Source: an uncultured Candidatus Berkelbacteria bacterium (GTDB lineage Bacteria; Patescibacteriota; UBA1384; UBA12157). Taken from it: a stretch of 64,000 bases of DNA. Under the pieces are notes generated by a model, which worked only from the letters and a program-made list of their open reading frames with translations, made no database searches and was not told where the DNA came from. Where the stretch lies: NCBI GenBank assembly GCA_903877885.1, contig CAIRFN010000005.1:17956-81955 (forward strand). The letters run 5' to 3'. Shown here piece after piece: positions 45,130 through 54,941 of the stretch (the first letter of the stretch is position 1; each line of letters begins with the position of its first letter). The position numbers and the translations under genes are program-made.

Positions 45130-45136
45130 TTTTAAA

Positions 45137-45527
45137 TGTCATCCTCGAGCCGGTTTGAGCTTTGTCGAAAACCGACATCAAGGATCCATCAAAATAAAAA
45201 GCTATTTCGTTTACATTTTAGCCAGTCAGAAAAACGGAACATTATATATCGGTGTTACAAATGATATTATAAGAAGGATTTGGGAGCACAAAAATAAAGC
45301 TATTCAAGGTTTTACAGATAAATATAGAATTGATAAATTAGTTTATTTCGAAGAAACACCAGATATTAATTCAGCTATTAAGAGAGAAAAACAATTAAAA
45401 TTATGGAGCCGTTCCTGGAAAATAGATTTGATAGAAAAGAATAATCCTGATTGGAAAGATTTATATCAAGATTTGTTATAATGGATCCTTGATGTTGGAG
45501 CGCTTCGCTTCCAACTCGAGGATGACA
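45137..45527 (+). mobile_element. Second full-length family-A element carrying a GIY-YIG ORF between its terminal modules, inserted between atpA and atpG
   Basis: Left module tgtcatcctcgagccggtttgagctttgtcgaaaaccgacatcaaggatcca. ORF to 45481. Right module tggatccttgatgttggagcgcttcgcttccaactcgaggatgaca. Confidence 0.75.
45155..45481 (+). CDS. GIY-YIG nuclease family protein (second copy)
   Basis: ..YFVYILASQKNGTLYIGVTNDIIRRIWEHKN..REKQLKLWSRSWK.. The frame is open from a TTG inside the left terminal module. There is no ATG near the conserved N-terminus, so the start is uncertain. Confidence 0.75.
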   Translation: MSFVENRHQGSIKIKSYFVYILASQKNGTLYIGVTNDIIRRIWEHKNKAIQGFTDKYRIDKLVYFEETPDINSAIKREKQLKLWSRSWKIDLIEKNNPDWKDLYQDLL

Positions 45528-45548
45528 AAAAAAGATAAAAACTTTAGT

Positions 45549-45611
45549 ATGTCATTCTCGAGCCGAATGGTAATTCGACCTGCCTGACGGCAGGCAGGCA
45601 TCAAGAATCCA
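45549..45611. repeat. Family-A solo module with an embedded 20-nt palindrome (cctgcctgacggcaggcagg)
   Basis: tgtcattctcgagccgaatggtaattcgacctgcctgacggcaggcaggcatcaagaatccaa. Confidence 0.7.
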
Positions 45612-45617
45612 ACTGTA

Positions 45618-45659
45618 TGTCATTCTCGAGTCGGATGGGATCCGACATCAAGAATCCAG
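45618..45659. repeat. Family-A solo module, tandem direct copy
   Basis: tgtcattctcgagtcggatgggatccgacatcaagaatccag. Confidence 0.7.
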
Positions 45660-45712
45660 ATAAATAAAAAAGGCCAATGCGTAAACGCAAAGGCCGAAAT
45701 CCGGTCTTAAAG

Positions 45713-45958
45713 CTACTTTCGGAAAAACATAGCTATCAGACCAACAATTATGCTACCGATATAAGCGATTGGATGTTGTGCAAAACCGAGAGTCAACATC
45801 CATGAAATCGCTCCACTTGCACCGACGGCGGTAGATAGACCAGAATCTGGACCCATAACAGCCAGAAAGAAAAGGAAGCTTAATATCAGAGTTGCGATCA
45901 TCAGTGATGCGTACATTAACGTAGCAACACCAAAGAATCTTCCTATTCGGTAAGTCAT
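45713..45958 (-). CDS. Small hydrophobic membrane protein (81 aa), antisense to and inside the atp operon
   Basis: Intact ORF with 2-3 TM helices. RBS ggagggaacgaaATG on the minus strand. Weak terminator-like hairpin plus a T-run downstream of its stop. Confidence 0.4.
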   Translation of the reverse strand: MTYRIGRFFGVATLMYASLMIATLILSFLFFLAVMGPDSGLSTAVGASGAISWMLTLGFAQHPIAYIGSIIVGLIAMFFRK

Positions 45959-46025
45959 TTCGTTCCCTCCAACAAAAATCTATCAGAAGTATACCATAAT
46001 AAGCATTAAAAGTCAATAGAATATT

Positions 46026-47066
46026 ATGCCAAGTACACAAGAATTTCGTAGAAGAATTAAATCGGTCAGTTCGACCAAACAGATTACCAAAGCAATGGAA
46101 ATGATTGCTTCTATTAAGATGCAAAAATCTGTCAAAACTATTGCCCAGGCTCGAGCCTATATCCAAAACGCATGGAATATTTTACATTTACTGTCTGAAA
46201 AAATATTAAGCGACGATCACGCGCTGATTAATCCTAAAGATCATGCCAAAAAAACAGCCGTGATTTTAATTACTTCTGACCGCGGTTTATGCGGTTCATA
46301 TAATTCAGAAGTGATCAAGAAGCTAACATCATTCAAAAATGTCATCCTCGAGACGGAGGGTACTCCGACATCAAGGATCCAGGACCTGGATTCCAGATCT
46401 GGTTCCCAACCAGTCTGGAATGACAATACGATTGATATCATTGCCATCGGTAAAGTCGGCGCCGCGTTTGTTAACAGATATAAAATCGGCAAACTGATCG
46501 CTGAATTTAAAGGTTTTGAAAATAATATTTCCGTTGAAGATGTCATTCCGATTTCCAAACTGACGAATGGTGAATATATGGCTGGAAATTATGACAAAGT
46601 GGTAGTGATTTATTCTCATTTCATTTCTTCGCTTAAACAAGTCCCGGTCGTCAAACAAATTTTGCCAATTGTCGAAGATCATATCGATCATCCGGAATTA
46701 TGGGAAGGAAATAATGTCATCCTCGAGCCGGAGGGTACTCCGACATCAAGGATCCAGGACCTGGATTCCCGATCCGGAGGCCATCCGGTCGAGAATGACA
46801 AAAACAATACTGAATACAAATTTGAACCCAATCCTGATGAAGTTTTTGATGGCGTCTTGCGACAAATTTTACGCACCCAAATTTTCGGTGCCATTTTAGA
46901 AGCCAACGCTTCTGAACATTCGGCCCGTATGGTGGCCATGAAAAATGCCACCGACAATGCCACCGATTTAGTTGATGAATTAAAATTAGTATATAACAGC
47001 ATCCGCCAAGGAAACATCACTTCGGAAATCGCCGAAATTAGTGGTGCCGCCGAGGCGATGAAATAA
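46026..47066 (+). CDS. atpG: F0F1 ATP synthase subunit gamma (lengthened by two in-frame MITE insertions)
   Basis: Conserved N-terminus (..RRRIKSVSSTKQITKAMEMIASIKMQK..) and C-terminus (..NSIRQGNITSEIAEISGAAEAM). At 346 aa it is longer than typical. Confidence 0.9.
   Translation: MPSTQEFRRRIKSVSSTKQITKAMEMIASIKMQKSVKTIAQARAYIQNAWNILHLLSEKILSDDHALINPKDHAKKTAVILITSDRGLCGSYNSEVIKKLTSFKNVILETEGTPTSRIQDLDSRSGSQPVWNDNTIDIIAIGKVGAAFVNRYKIGKLIAEFKGFENNISVEDVIPISKLTNGEYMAGNYDKVVVIYSHFISSLKQVPVVKQILPIVEDHIDHPELWEGNNVILEPEGTPTSRIQDLDSRSGGHPVENDKNNTEYKFEPNPDEVFDGVLRQILRTQIFGAILEANASEHSARMVAMKNATDNATDLVDELKLVYNSIRQGNITSEIAEISGAAEAMK
46340..46425. repeat. Family-A MITE-like element in frame in atpG (copy 1)
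   Basis: tgtcatcctcgagacggagggtactccgacatcaaggatccag gac ctggattccagatctggttcccaaccagtctggaatgaca. Translated as ..VILETEGTPTSRIQDLDSRSGSQPVWND.. Confidence 0.8.
46715..46800. repeat. Family-A MITE-like element in frame in atpG (copy 2)
   Basis: tgtcatcctcgagccggagggtactccgacatcaaggatccag gac ctggattcccgatccggaggccatccggtcgagaatgaca. Translated as ..VILEPEGTPTSRIQDLDSRSGGHPVEND.. Confidence 0.8.
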
Positions 47067-47077
47067 CAGGAGTATAA

Positions 47078-48500
<1,423 letters not shown>

Positions 48501-48501
48501 G

Positions 48502-48711
48502 ATGCTAAACTTCATAAACAGCTATTGGATTTTAATAATTCCAGTAATTACCTTAATTATTGGTTTGCTATTTCTATCTATTGGCACCAAGAATAACAAT
48601 AAAAATTTAATTATATTTTCAAAAATTATTAGTATTTTTAGTTTTGTTATAATCTGTTATTTAGTATTTGTGACTTTTATGATTTACTTAAGTATGAAAC
48701 CTTTGAATTAA
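48502..48711 (+). CDS. Small hydrophobic protein (69 aa) between atpD and atpC
   Basis: Two predicted TM helices and very AT-rich. Possibly a real small membrane protein or a spurious ORF. Confidence 0.3.
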   Translation: MLNFINSYWILIIPVITLIIGLLFLSIGTKNNNKNLIIFSKIISIFSFVIICYLVFVTFMIYLSMKPLN

Positions 48712-48712
48712 A

Positions 48713-49123
48713 ATGAAAACATTTAATCTAAAATTAATTTCTCCAACTGGTATTAAATACGAAGCCTCGGCAACGGCGGCTTTTTTGCCGACTGCCGAAG
48801 GTACGATTGAAATTTTGCCAGATCACATGCCGCTGATTGCGCTTTTGTCACCCGGAGAAATTATTATTAAAAATAATGCTGAAACTAAAAGTCTTGTCAC
48901 CGATGGCGGCTTAGTGGAGATTGCCGATAACGTGGTTAAGATTTTGGCTGATGAAGCTGAAGAAGCGCATAACCTAGATGAGATGAAAATTTTGGAAGCC
49001 AAAAAAGCGGCTGAAAATCGTTTGGCTAATGCCAAAGACGATGTTGAACATGCCGACGCCGCCGCGCATTTAGAAAAACAATTATCAAAGTTGACGTTCC
49101 TTAAACGTCGTAGACATAAATAA
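48713..49123 (+). CDS. atpC: F0F1 ATP synthase subunit epsilon
   Basis: N-terminal beta-sandwich (..LKLISPTG..ASATAAFLPTAEGTIEILPDHMPLIALL..) plus a C-terminal helical hairpin. Confidence 0.85.
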   Translation: MKTFNLKLISPTGIKYEASATAAFLPTAEGTIEILPDHMPLIALLSPGEIIIKNNAETKSLVTDGGLVEIADNVVKILADEAEEAHNLDEMKILEAKKAAENRLANAKDDVEHADAAAHLEKQLSKLTFLKRRRHK

Positions 49124-49124
49124 T

Positions 49125-49170
49125 TGTCATCCTGAGCGTAGCGAAGGATCTATCATAACGCGTCGCAAGC
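49125..49170. repeat. Family-B element, degenerate or truncated copy
   Basis: tgtcatcctgagcgtagcgaaggatctatcataacgcgtcgcaagc. Left terminus is intact; the right terminus is missing. Confidence 0.55.
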
Positions 49171-49210
49171 ATCAAAAATAATTATATAAAATCAAATTTT
49201 TCTCACAAAA

Positions 49211-49238
49211 AAATCACCAAAAAAATGGTGATTTTTTT
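49211..49238 (+). terminator. Rho-independent terminator ending the atp operon
   Basis: aaatcacc-aaaaaaa-tggtgattt followed by ttttttt. Confidence 0.7.
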
Positions 49239-49558
49239 AAATATTTTTATTTAGACCAAAAAATGTCACCAAAATATCCCCTACTCATATCGTTCGAGCC
49301 AGCAGGCGAGAACTATTTCACCAACTGTCAATTCCTAATAACTTATGATTTAAGGTCAAAATTTTAAATCAAGGTGATTTTTCGGCTGTCACGCCAAATT
49401 GTCGCATTTTCGCTATTTTGATATCATCACTCTCGATTTATAACCTGATATTTGAATTACAATTATTTTTCTGATTTTTTATTATTTTCATCATTTTTTC
49501 ATTTTTTTTAAAAATCAAAAAAATCAATTTTTTTAATATTTTTTTACTCTTCCTCTAC

Positions 49559-49649
49559 TGTCATTCTCGACCGGACGGCCTCCGGATCGGGAATCTAGAA
49601 ATATAATCCTGGATCCCAGATCCTGTTTGACAACCGGTCTGGGATGACA
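49559..49649. repeat. Family-A MITE-like element, intergenic
   Basis: tgtcattctcgaccggacggcctccggatcgggaatctag...cctggatcccagatcctgtttgacaaccggtctgggatgaca. Confidence 0.8.
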
Positions 49650-49651
49650 GA

Positions 49652-49679
49652 TAAAAAAACCGCCAATTAATTAGCGGTT
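49652..49679 (-). terminator. Rho-independent terminator for the minus gene 49685..49879
   Basis: aaccgccaattaattagcggtt preceded on the plus strand by aaaaaaa, which is a T-run on the minus strand. Confidence 0.6.
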
Positions 49680-49684
49680 GAAAT

Positions 49685-49879
49685 TTATTGTGATTGTTTT
49701 TCGGCAAGACGAGCCATTGCTTCTTCCATGTATTGAGCATGCAAAAATCCATCAGGATATTCACCTTCTTCAAAACAACGCGGTAGAGCATTGCCAATCA
49801 ATTCTGAATCAGATACTCTCTGACTTCGGCGAATCGCGTTTCGATGCGCTAGTTCTCTAACCCGAAGATAATTCTTCAC
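49685..49879 (-). CDS. Small hypothetical protein (64 aa)
   Basis: RBS ggaggaagtcc before the ATG. Terminator downstream. No family recognised. Confidence 0.4.
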   Translation of the reverse strand: MKNYLRVRELAHRNAIRRSQRVSDSELIGNALPRCFEEGEYPDGFLHAQYMEEAMARLAEKQSQ

Positions 49880-49897
49880 TGGACTTCCTCCTATGAA

Positions 49898-50335
49898 TTA
49901 AAGAATTGGCAAAATATTCTTTTCAAATTGATAGATGAGCCATTCGGCAATAAATTCTGTAAAACCAAGTGGAATCATCATTGAGCCAAATAGAAAGAAC
50001 ACTACTAAGATTCTGGATGCTTGGTTAACAGATTGGTTAATTGATTCTGTTCCAATAAAAATCAAAATCTCTAAGAGAGCGCAGATCAGCAATAGATTGG
50101 CGCACACCGACATTACGATAATCGATTCTAAATATTTACTCTCAAACAATACTATTCCAAACTTTAATTTTGGCAAAATAAAAGCAAATACTAAAAGTAA
50201 AATCGACAGGCAAAAACTTGCCATTAGTAGAATCCAAAACCAATGCCAACATTGCACTACATCAATCATCTTGCTATCCCCACTTTCGATTGTAAGGTTC
50301 TGATTCAATATTCTCATACTAAAGTTGAATGTCAA
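49898..50335 (-). CDS. Membrane protein, hypothetical (145 aa, about 4 TM)
   Basis: Intact ORF with hydrophobic helices. Confidence 0.4.
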   Translation of the reverse strand: MTFNFSMRILNQNLTIESGDSKMIDVVQCWHWFWILLMASFCLSILLLVFAFILPKLKFGIVLFESKYLESIIVMSVCANLLLICALLEILIFIGTESINQSVNQASRILVVFFLFGSMMIPLGFTEFIAEWLIYQFEKNILPIL

Positions 50336-50401
50336 TAATAATTTATTTTATTGGCAGACAATTTGAGTTGTGATACAATGAAAACAGTATTTGGTATTTC
50401 A

Positions 50402-50516
50402 GCCCATCCTTCATCTTTACTGTGCAACCGACTCCGTCGTGTACGCACAGTGCAGATTGCGGAGGGCGACATCCTATCATATTTTTTAAATAAATGAGTG
50501 TCGGAGGGGTATAGTG
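50402..50516 (+). promoter_or_regulatory. Conserved ~115-nt 5' leader element, copy A, upstream of the T4SS-like operon
   Basis: About 80% identical to the reverse complement of 62448-62558. Both end in gtgtcggagggg, which is the SD, plus a start codon. It contains the cggagggcgaca / tgtcggagggg complementarity. Confidence 0.5.
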
Positions 50517-50552
50517 CAGTTTCAAGTACCACAAAATATGGTCAAGCTATAA
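50514..50552 (+). other. 12-codon decoy ORF (VQFQVPQNMVKL*) that duplicates the RBS and the first 8 codons of the gene at 50647
   Basis: ggaggggtataGTGcagtttcaagtaccacaaaat at 50503 matches ggaggggtataGTGcaatttcaagtaccgcaaaat at 50636. Confidence 0.45.
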
Positions 50553-50646
50553 CTATCATATTTTAAGGTAGCTTGCCGCGGAATTTTGCGGATAGCTAAA
50601 CGAAAATTTTTCCAAAAATATAGATTACTAATCACGGAGGGGTATA

Positions 50647-51150
50647 GTGCAATTTCAAGTACCGCAAAATATAGATCTCGAAGACAAGATTGTCGGGCCA
50701 TTGACCTTGACGCAGTTTTTGTATGTCTTAGGCGGCGGCCTTGTTGATTACATTATGTTTCAATCTTTTGCCGCTAATTATTTTGGGCTTTTTCTGGTTC
50801 TTGGTATCCCAGTCGCTTTACTTGCTTTAGGATTAGCTTTTTTTAAAGTCCAAGAACAGCCTTTGTCACATTTTATCACAGTTGGAATTTTATATTTATT
50901 TAAACCAAAAACTAGACTATGGAAAAGAGAAGAAAGCTATCCAACAGTTCTAACTGAACCAACAAAAAAAGAAAAAAAGGAAAATGAAAATGTGGCAATT
51001 CCAAAACATCATCTTGAAAAAAGTGAGCTGGAACAATTAGCCTACAAATTAGATACTTTTCAAGTAGATACGCCGGTTGAAGAAAAGAAAAAATTTGGCG
51101 CAGTTTCCGCCGCTTTCGAACAATTATTGAAGGAAGATAAAAAGAAGTAA
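50647..51150 (+). CDS. Small 2-TM protein, VirB3-like / PrgI-like component of Gram-positive-type T4SS (tentative)
   Basis: 167 aa. GTG start after GGAGGGG. Hydrophobic hairpin LYVLGGGLVDYIMF...LVLGIPVALLALGLAFF followed by a charged tail. First gene of the operon that contains VirB4. Confidence 0.45.
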   Translation: MQFQVPQNIDLEDKIVGPLTLTQFLYVLGGGLVDYIMFQSFAANYFGLFLVLGIPVALLALGLAFFKVQEQPLSHFITVGILYLFKPKTRLWKREESYPTVLTEPTKKEKKENENVAIPKHHLEKSELEQLAYKLDTFQVDTPVEEKKKFGAVSAAFEQLLKEDKKK

Positions 51151-51163
51151 CCAGGAGGGGATC

Positions 51164-51865
51164 TTGGCTCAACAAAAACCGCCACAACCAAAACCGATTG
51201 TCAGCACCCAAAGTTTTTTGGCTTTTTCTGAAGTCCACGAGGGAATTATAATTACTAAAAATGGTGAACTCCGAGCGATTTTAATGGCCAGCTCGATTAA
51301 CTTTTCCTTAAAATCCGAACAGGAACAAACGGCTATTGTTTATGCTTATCAAAATTTTCTTAACTCCCTATCTTTTCCTGTTCAAATTATGATGCAATCG
51401 CGCAAACTTGATCTAACAAAATATATTGCCAAACTTAAAGAGATTGCCAAAGTTCAGGGCAACGAATTATTGCGCGGCCAAACCATTGATTATATTTATT
51501 ACATCGAACGATTAGTTAAAGTCGCCAATATTATGGATAAAAAGTTTTATGTTGTTATTCCTTTTATGCCGCCTTCCACGACCCAAATTAAACCTTCTGC
51601 TGGTTTATTTGGTAATAAAAAAGAAGCTAGCGGCCCTAAAATTACACCGAAGGATTTTGAAAAATATCAAACCGAAATTTTACAGAGACTTCAAGTAATT
51701 CAATCTGGTTTAGGTTCAATTGGAGTCCGTACAGCGCAACTTAATACCCAACAAATTGTCGAGTTGATGTACGGTATTTATAACCCAGAAGAAGCGGAAA
51801 AAGAAAAATTAATCAATTTTAATCATCTAAATTCTGATTTAGTCGAAAGCGAAGTCGAAAAATGA
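51164..51865 (+). CDS. VirB4/TraC-family N-terminal domain encoded as a separate ORF
   Basis: ..FSEVHEGIIITKNGELRAILMASSINFSLKSEQEQTAIVYAYQNFLNSLSFPVQIMMQSRKLDL.. matches the N-terminal domain of conjugative VirB4-type ATPases. Its stop overlaps the next ATG (ATGA). Confidence 0.6.
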   Translation: MAQQKPPQPKPIVSTQSFLAFSEVHEGIIITKNGELRAILMASSINFSLKSEQEQTAIVYAYQNFLNSLSFPVQIMMQSRKLDLTKYIAKLKEIAKVQGNELLRGQTIDYIYYIERLVKVANIMDKKFYVVIPFMPPSTTQIKPSAGLFGNKKEASGPKITPKDFEKYQTEILQRLQVIQSGLGSIGVRTAQLNTQQIVELMYGIYNPEEAEKEKLINFNHLNSDLVESEVEK

Positions 51866-53685
51866 ATAATCAAAATCAACCACAATCAATACCAACGCCA
51901 ACACAAAATAAATTACCTGCCGGTGTTTCTCAAGGTATGAACTCGGTTTTTGATCTAATTGCCCCGCCGTCATTTGAGGCTAAACCAAATTATCTAAAAA
52001 TCGGTGGCATTTTTACTCGAACTCTGTTTGTATTCACTTATCCTCGCTTTGTCCAAACCAACTGGTTAAGTCCGATTATCAACTACGATATTACAATGGA
52101 TATTTCCATGTTTATTCACCCAATCGGATCTAAAGAAACCATGGATACTCTCAAGAAAAAAGCAGCTCAACTCGAATCGAGCGAACAAATTGATGCGGAA
52201 AAGGGCATGGTTCGCGATCCGGAACGCCAAACTGCTATTTCCGATATTGAAAATTTACGCGATACTTTGCAGCGCGGCGAAATGAAATTATTCCAATACG
52301 CGCTTTATTTTACCATTTACGCTCAAAGCGAGGATGAATTAAACACTATTACCGAGCAATTAGAGTCAACCTTGGGTGGCATGTTGATTTATACCAAACA
52401 AGCGCTATTGCAAATGGAACAAGGTTTTAATTCCACTATTCCGCTTTTTCTTGATCAGCTAAATATTCTTCGCAATCTGGACACTGCTTCGCTTTCCACC
52501 ACTTTTCCATTTACTTCTTCAACATTAAGTTCGAATGATGGTATTCTCTACGGCATTAATCGCCATAACAATTCTTTGATTTTGTTTGACCGATTCAAAT
52601 TAGAAAATGCTAATTCTGTTGTTTTTGCTAAATCCGGTTCCGGTAAATCGTATACAATTAAACTGGAAGCTCTTCGATCATTGATGCTCGGTACCGATAT
52701 TATTGTGATCGACCCGGAAAATGAATATAAAGCCTTGTGCGAAGCGGTTGGTGGTAATTACTTGAATATTTCCATCAACTCCGATAAACGAATTAACCCG
52801 TTTGATTTGCCGGTGGCTGGTGTGGGTTTACAAAACGATGCCACTGGTGAAGATATTTTAAGAAGTAATATTACAACTTTACAGGGTTTGATTTCTTTAA
52901 TGCTTGGCGAAATGACTCAAGATGAAGACGCGATTTTGGAAAAGGCTTTATATGCCACTTACGCCTTGCGCGATATCACCGCCGACCCTAATACTCAAAG
53001 AAATAAGCCACCGGTTCTAGCCGATCTTCAATCAATTTTGGCTGACACAACCGGCGCTGATAGTATGGTCAAACGTTTAGAGCGATACACTAATGGTACA
53101 TTTCGAGGTTTATTTGATCAACCAACCAACTTTGATTTAGGCGGCGGCATGACTGTTTTTAGTGTCAGAGATTTGGAAGACGCGCTTCGGCCGATTGGCA
53201 TGTATATGGCTCTGAACTATATTTGGCAAAGAGTTCGTTTTAATGTCAAAAAACGAATTATGATTATTGATGAAGCCTGGTGGATGATGCAATACGAAGA
53301 TTCTGGTAAATTTCTTTATGCTTTAGCTAAACGCGGTCGTAAATATTTCCTTGGTTTAACCATTATTTCTCAAGATGTAGAAGATTTCATTGGTAGTAAA
53401 TATGGCCGTGCCGTGGTCAACAACTCTTCAATGCAAATTTTAATGAAGCAAAACCCGGCATCAGTCGATAAAATTGCTTCGATTTTCGGTTTAACTGAAG
53501 GTGAAAAGTTTATGTTACTTGAATGCGAAGTTGGTGAAGGTTTATTCTTTGCCGGACTCAATCATGTGGCTATCAAAGTCGTTGCCAGTTATTCTGAAGA
53601 CCAATTAATCACCACTAACCCGCAAGAAATTCTCGAACAACAAGCAAAAGCTAAAGAAGAAAAAGCTGCGGCCGAAACAAATTAA
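51862..53685 (+). CDS. VirB4-family conjugal transfer / type IV secretion ATPase (ATPase domain)
   Basis: Walker A VVFAKSGSGKSYT, Walker B MIIDEAWWMM and a TrbE/CagE-like C-terminal region. Confidence 0.8.
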   Translation: MNNQNQPQSIPTPTQNKLPAGVSQGMNSVFDLIAPPSFEAKPNYLKIGGIFTRTLFVFTYPRFVQTNWLSPIINYDITMDISMFIHPIGSKETMDTLKKKAAQLESSEQIDAEKGMVRDPERQTAISDIENLRDTLQRGEMKLFQYALYFTIYAQSEDELNTITEQLESTLGGMLIYTKQALLQMEQGFNSTIPLFLDQLNILRNLDTASLSTTFPFTSSTLSSNDGILYGINRHNNSLILFDRFKLENANSVVFAKSGSGKSYTIKLEALRSLMLGTDIIVIDPENEYKALCEAVGGNYLNISINSDKRINPFDLPVAGVGLQNDATGEDILRSNITTLQGLISLMLGEMTQDEDAILEKALYATYALRDITADPNTQRNKPPVLADLQSILADTTGADSMVKRLERYTNGTFRGLFDQPTNFDLGGGMTVFSVRDLEDALRPIGMYMALNYIWQRVRFNVKKRIMIIDEAWWMMQYEDSGKFLYALAKRGRKYFLGLTIISQDVEDFIGSKYGRAVVNNSSMQILMKQNPASVDKIASIFGLTEGEKFMLLECEVGEGLFFAGLNHVAIKVVASYSEDQLITTNPQEILEQQAKAKEEKAAAETN

Positions 53686-53687
53686 TT

Positions 53688-54941
53688 TTGTTTATTATGA
53701 TCAACCAAACGGTAAATAAACTAAAAGCCCTTAAGAATCGTAAAGGCGCGATTGGGATTATTATTGCTATTTGTATAGTAATTTTTCTTTTGATTCTCTT
53801 AATCGCTTTTGCCGCCGCTATAATTGGTAGTCACCAGGGCGCAAATTCTACCGGCGGATTAATCACTGGTACTGATACCGGAGGTTGCACTGGTGGGAAA
53901 TTACCACAAAGCGTTTTAGATCTTATTAATCAAAACAAACCGGTTTATCAGGCCGCAGCCAAAGCCGAAGGAATTGATTGGGAAATGTTGGCTGCGGTTC
54001 ATTATCGCGAAGCGACCAATAACCCCAACGGATCGTTGATGAGTGGTGAAAAAATTGGAACAGTAAATCCGGATAATGGTAAAACTTACAATACTTTATA
54101 CGATAGCGCAGTCGCCGCCGCTCAATCTTTAAAATCCCGTGTTAATGGTCTAAGAGTTGGTTCAGATAGTGACACAATTAAAAAGGCTTTTTTGGGACAT
54201 AATCGAGGTGACAGATATACAAAAGGTGGATGTAGTCTTGATTCTTCACCATATGTTATGAATCAATTTGATGCTGCCCATACAAATATGGCTTATCCAT
54301 CAAATCTAATTTGCGAACCAAAAAGTACTGCCGGAAGAACCGAAACAAAACTTGGCGCTTTCACTGTTTACTCAATCTTAAAAGGCAATATTGCTGGTAG
54401 TGCTACTTGCACCCAAACGAGCGGACCAGCCGCCACAGGTAGTTGCGCTGATATTTTGCCAGCCGCGGAAAAATATTTCGGACTAAATTATTCACAAGCT
54501 AGTCACTGTGGCCCAAATACAATCGGACCAGCTGGTGTAACTGCTGTTGATTGTTCTGGTTATGTTTCCAGGGTTTATCGTGATATTGGTATCGCATCAA
54601 AAAACTGGTGTACAAGAACCGCAACTATACCTAACGATTCCACTTTAGTCTTAATTACAAACGATCTTTCTAGGGCACCACAATTAGCTCAACAGGGCGA
54701 TTTAATCTTAACCGGAAGTCACGTCGTTATCTATGTTAACAATAATACTGTTTATGCTTCTCGCGGCGAAACAGCCGGTGGCCCACAAAAGGAGACTGTT
54801 AGAAGTGGTGTTTGGAATGTCAAAAACCTCGCAGCCACTCATGGTTGGGTCGGACTTTATCGGGCCAAGGCCTGCACACTCCAACAACCAGCCGCCTTAA
54901 TTCAATCGGCTGTAAATAATGCCTTAAAGGTGAAAAAATGA
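53688..54941 (+). CDS. Membrane-anchored cell-wall hydrolase with a C-terminal NlpC/P60 (Cys-His) peptidase domain, possibly a VirB1-functional analogue
   Basis: N-terminal TM. C-terminal DCSGYVSRVY (catalytic Cys) ... GDLILTGSHVVIYV (His). Confidence 0.6.
   Translation: MFIMINQTVNKLKALKNRKGAIGIIIAICIVIFLLILLIAFAAAIIGSHQGANSTGGLITGTDTGGCTGGKLPQSVLDLINQNKPVYQAAAKAEGIDWEMLAAVHYREATNNPNGSLMSGEKIGTVNPDNGKTYNTLYDSAVAAAQSLKSRVNGLRVGSDSDTIKKAFLGHNRGDRYTKGGCSLDSSPYVMNQFDAAHTNMAYPSNLICEPKSTAGRTETKLGAFTVYSILKGNIAGSATCTQTSGPAATGSCADILPAAEKYFGLNYSQASHCGPNTIGPAGVTAVDCSGYVSRVYRDIGIASKNWCTRTATIPNDSTLVLITNDLSRAPQLAQQGDLILTGSHVVIYVNNNTVYASRGETAGGPQKETVRSGVWNVKNLAATHGWVGLYRAKACTLQQPAALIQSAVNNALKVKK

Noticed and set aside
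45549-45660. Tandem module repeats considered as a possible CRISPR array
   Set aside because: Only two direct copies, of unequal length, with no regular spacers and no cas genes. They belong to the family-A MITE termini.
48502-48711. 69-aa ORF between atpD and atpC as a ninth ATP synthase subunit
   Set aside because: No known subunit sits at this position. It is extremely AT-rich and hydrophobic. Kept as a low-confidence ORF only.
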